Virus record (IMG/VR): IMGVR_UViG_3300038675_000499
Location: 1-44,697 of that record
Strand: one strand, 5' to 3'
DNA length: 44,697 nt
Origin: a virus
Lineage: Duplodnaviria; Caudoviricetes
Positions 43,625 to 44,697 of the stretch are shown here, one piece after another. The notes beneath the pieces are model-generated. The model was not told the DNA's origin. It saw nothing but the letters and a program-made list of their open reading frames with translations, and ran no database searches. The first letter of the stretch is position 1; each line of letters begins with the position of its first letter. A program made the translations under genes and the position numbers.

Positions 43625-43902
43625 TCGACATCGACGCTATGGAACGCCGCATGACACGACGTGACGACGAACCACTATTGCCCCCTTCGCCAGAGGAAGT
43701 GCTTGAAATGATCGCCGAGATCCGGCGCCTTCAGGCACCTCGGAAGTGCCAGATATGTGGCTCGGCCCCGAAGGTGCAGAGTGGGGAGGATGATCGCGGT
43801 GCGTTTTGGTGGGTGTCCTGCACTAATCCTCATTGTTATGCCTCAGGACAAGCACTCGATTCTGAGTCCGCGGCCTGGGCCGCATGGGATGGGGTGGAAT
43901 GA
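43621..43902 (+). CDS. Hypothetical protein with a Lar-like zinc ribbon
   Basis: CQICGSAP...VSCTNPHC...AAWAAWD. Confidence 0.55.
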   Translation: MIDIDAMERRMTRRDDEPLLPPSPEEVLEMIAEIRRLQAPRKCQICGSAPKVQSGEDDRGAFWWVSCTNPHCYASGQALDSESAAWAAWDGVE

Positions 43903-44223
43903 AATCCGCCCCCGAGGAGCAACTCGCCCTCCACATCAAGGCCACCGGCCTACCGGCTCCGGTGCGGGAATTCTACTTTGCCAAGCCGCGCCGATTCCGT
44001 GCCGATTTCGCATGGCCGGAGCGGATGGTGCTCGCCGAGGTGGAGGGGGGGGACGTGGTCGGGCGGTCGGCACGTTCGGGGCAAGGGATACGAGGCGGAC
44101 TGTGAGAAGTATTCCATCGCCGCCATGCTTGGGTACAGGGTGCTGAGGTTTACAACGGCGATGGTGCGGGACGGAAGGGCTATCGGATTTTTAGCGGCTA
44201 CGATTAGGGAGGGCGGCAAGTGA
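43899..44223 (+). pseudogene. DUF559/Vsr-like endonuclease split by a +1 frameshift in a G8 tract
   Basis: REFYFAKPRRFRADFAW...AEVEGG continues in another frame as TWSGGRH...DCEKY..A...GYRVLRFT; G8 at 44045-44052, and G7 would restore the frame. Confidence 0.8.
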
Positions 44224-44420
44224 AACCCATGTACACCGTCCAACGGTGCCGCAAGGACGATACCCTGTATGGCCCCGTGCATTACTGGAACGGTTTGAAT
44301 GAAACCTTGTGCGGCACGAGGACTGGCTACAACTGGTGGATTCTGACGAACGAACACGACGGCGAGGCAACGTGCAAGAAGTGTATCGCAATCAATGGGA
44401 GGAATAAATGCGGCAACTGA
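44220..44420 (+). CDS. Small Cys-containing hypothetical protein
   Basis: VH...TLCG...TCKKC; GTGA overlap. Confidence 0.55.
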   Translation: MKPMYTVQRCRKDDTLYGPVHYWNGLNETLCGTRTGYNWWILTNEHDGEATCKKCIAINGRNKCGN

Positions 44421-44632
44421 CAGAAGCGGAAATTGAGAAGCTCGAATCCATGCGTGAGCCGCTATGGTCTCAGCGGAACGCCTTCAAGGATGAAGTGCTT
44501 CGTGCGGCCAAGGCGCTCAAGGTGGCGCGGATGCAGTTCAAGCAGGCGAATGACGAGTTCGAAGTGGTGCAGAACCAGATTACGACCGGCACGACCGACG
44601 ACGATCAAGCGCCGTTGCCGATGGAGGAGTAG
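44408..44632 (+). CDS. Coiled-coil hypothetical protein
   Basis: ggagga RBS. Confidence 0.55.
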   Translation: MRQLTEAEIEKLESMREPLWSQRNAFKDEVLRAAKALKVARMQFKQANDEFEVVQNQITTGTTDDDQAPLPMEE

Positions 44633-44634
44633 GC

Positions 44635-44697
44635 ATGACCGTCAAAGAGCGGATTTTGGAGAGGCTGAGAAAGCAGCATGAGCGCTATGTCGAAAGG
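44635..44697 (+). CDS. 5' part of a 63-aa ORF spanning the contig junction (continues to TAA at 182-184)
   Basis: ggaggag RBS; MTVKERILERLRKQHERYVER|SDRLW...EGEDGKA*. Confidence 0.7.
   Translation, partial: MTVKERILERLRKQHERYVER
44643..44697. repeat. Terminal direct repeat (copy of 1-55)
   Basis: Exact 55-bp match. Confidence 0.95.

Larger units (their letters stand above)
1..44697. mobile_element. Complete temperate siphovirus-like phage genome (HK97-type head, lambda-like tail), circular/excised form
   Basis: Terminase, portal, protease, capsid, tail, lysis, repressor/Cro, integrase and attP modules all present; ends overlap by 55 bp; no host genes seen. Confidence 0.96.

Overview
The window is a complete, circularly assembled genome (~44.6 kb; the first 55 bp repeat as the last 55 bp) of a GC-rich temperate tailed phage with an HK97-type head and a lambda-like non-contractile tail. 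It is in the excised form, with an intact attP carrying the 3' half of tRNA-Thr(CGT). Modules: immunity switch (35.5-36.7 kb); a long early operon crossing the contig junction and ending in xis-int-attP-replication initiator; packaging and head; tail; lysis; a sigma-factor accessory block. The most striking feature is a stand-alone Cas7/RAMP-like gene (37382-38029) followed immediately by a 343-bp non-coding array of 63 pentamers, each a near-constant G(G/T)H triplet plus a variable NN, punctuated by GGC(A/T) tetramers into segments of mostly 9-11 units. This is a candidate RNA-guided system with a non-contiguous guide code. Second is a cassette of four glycosyltransferases plus a methyltransferase interleaved with head and neck genes (candidate virion glycosylation). 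Also notable: two LecA-like lectin domains in the tail-tip protein, and attP separating the early operon from the replication gene. All family calls come from motifs read by eye; no database search was run.
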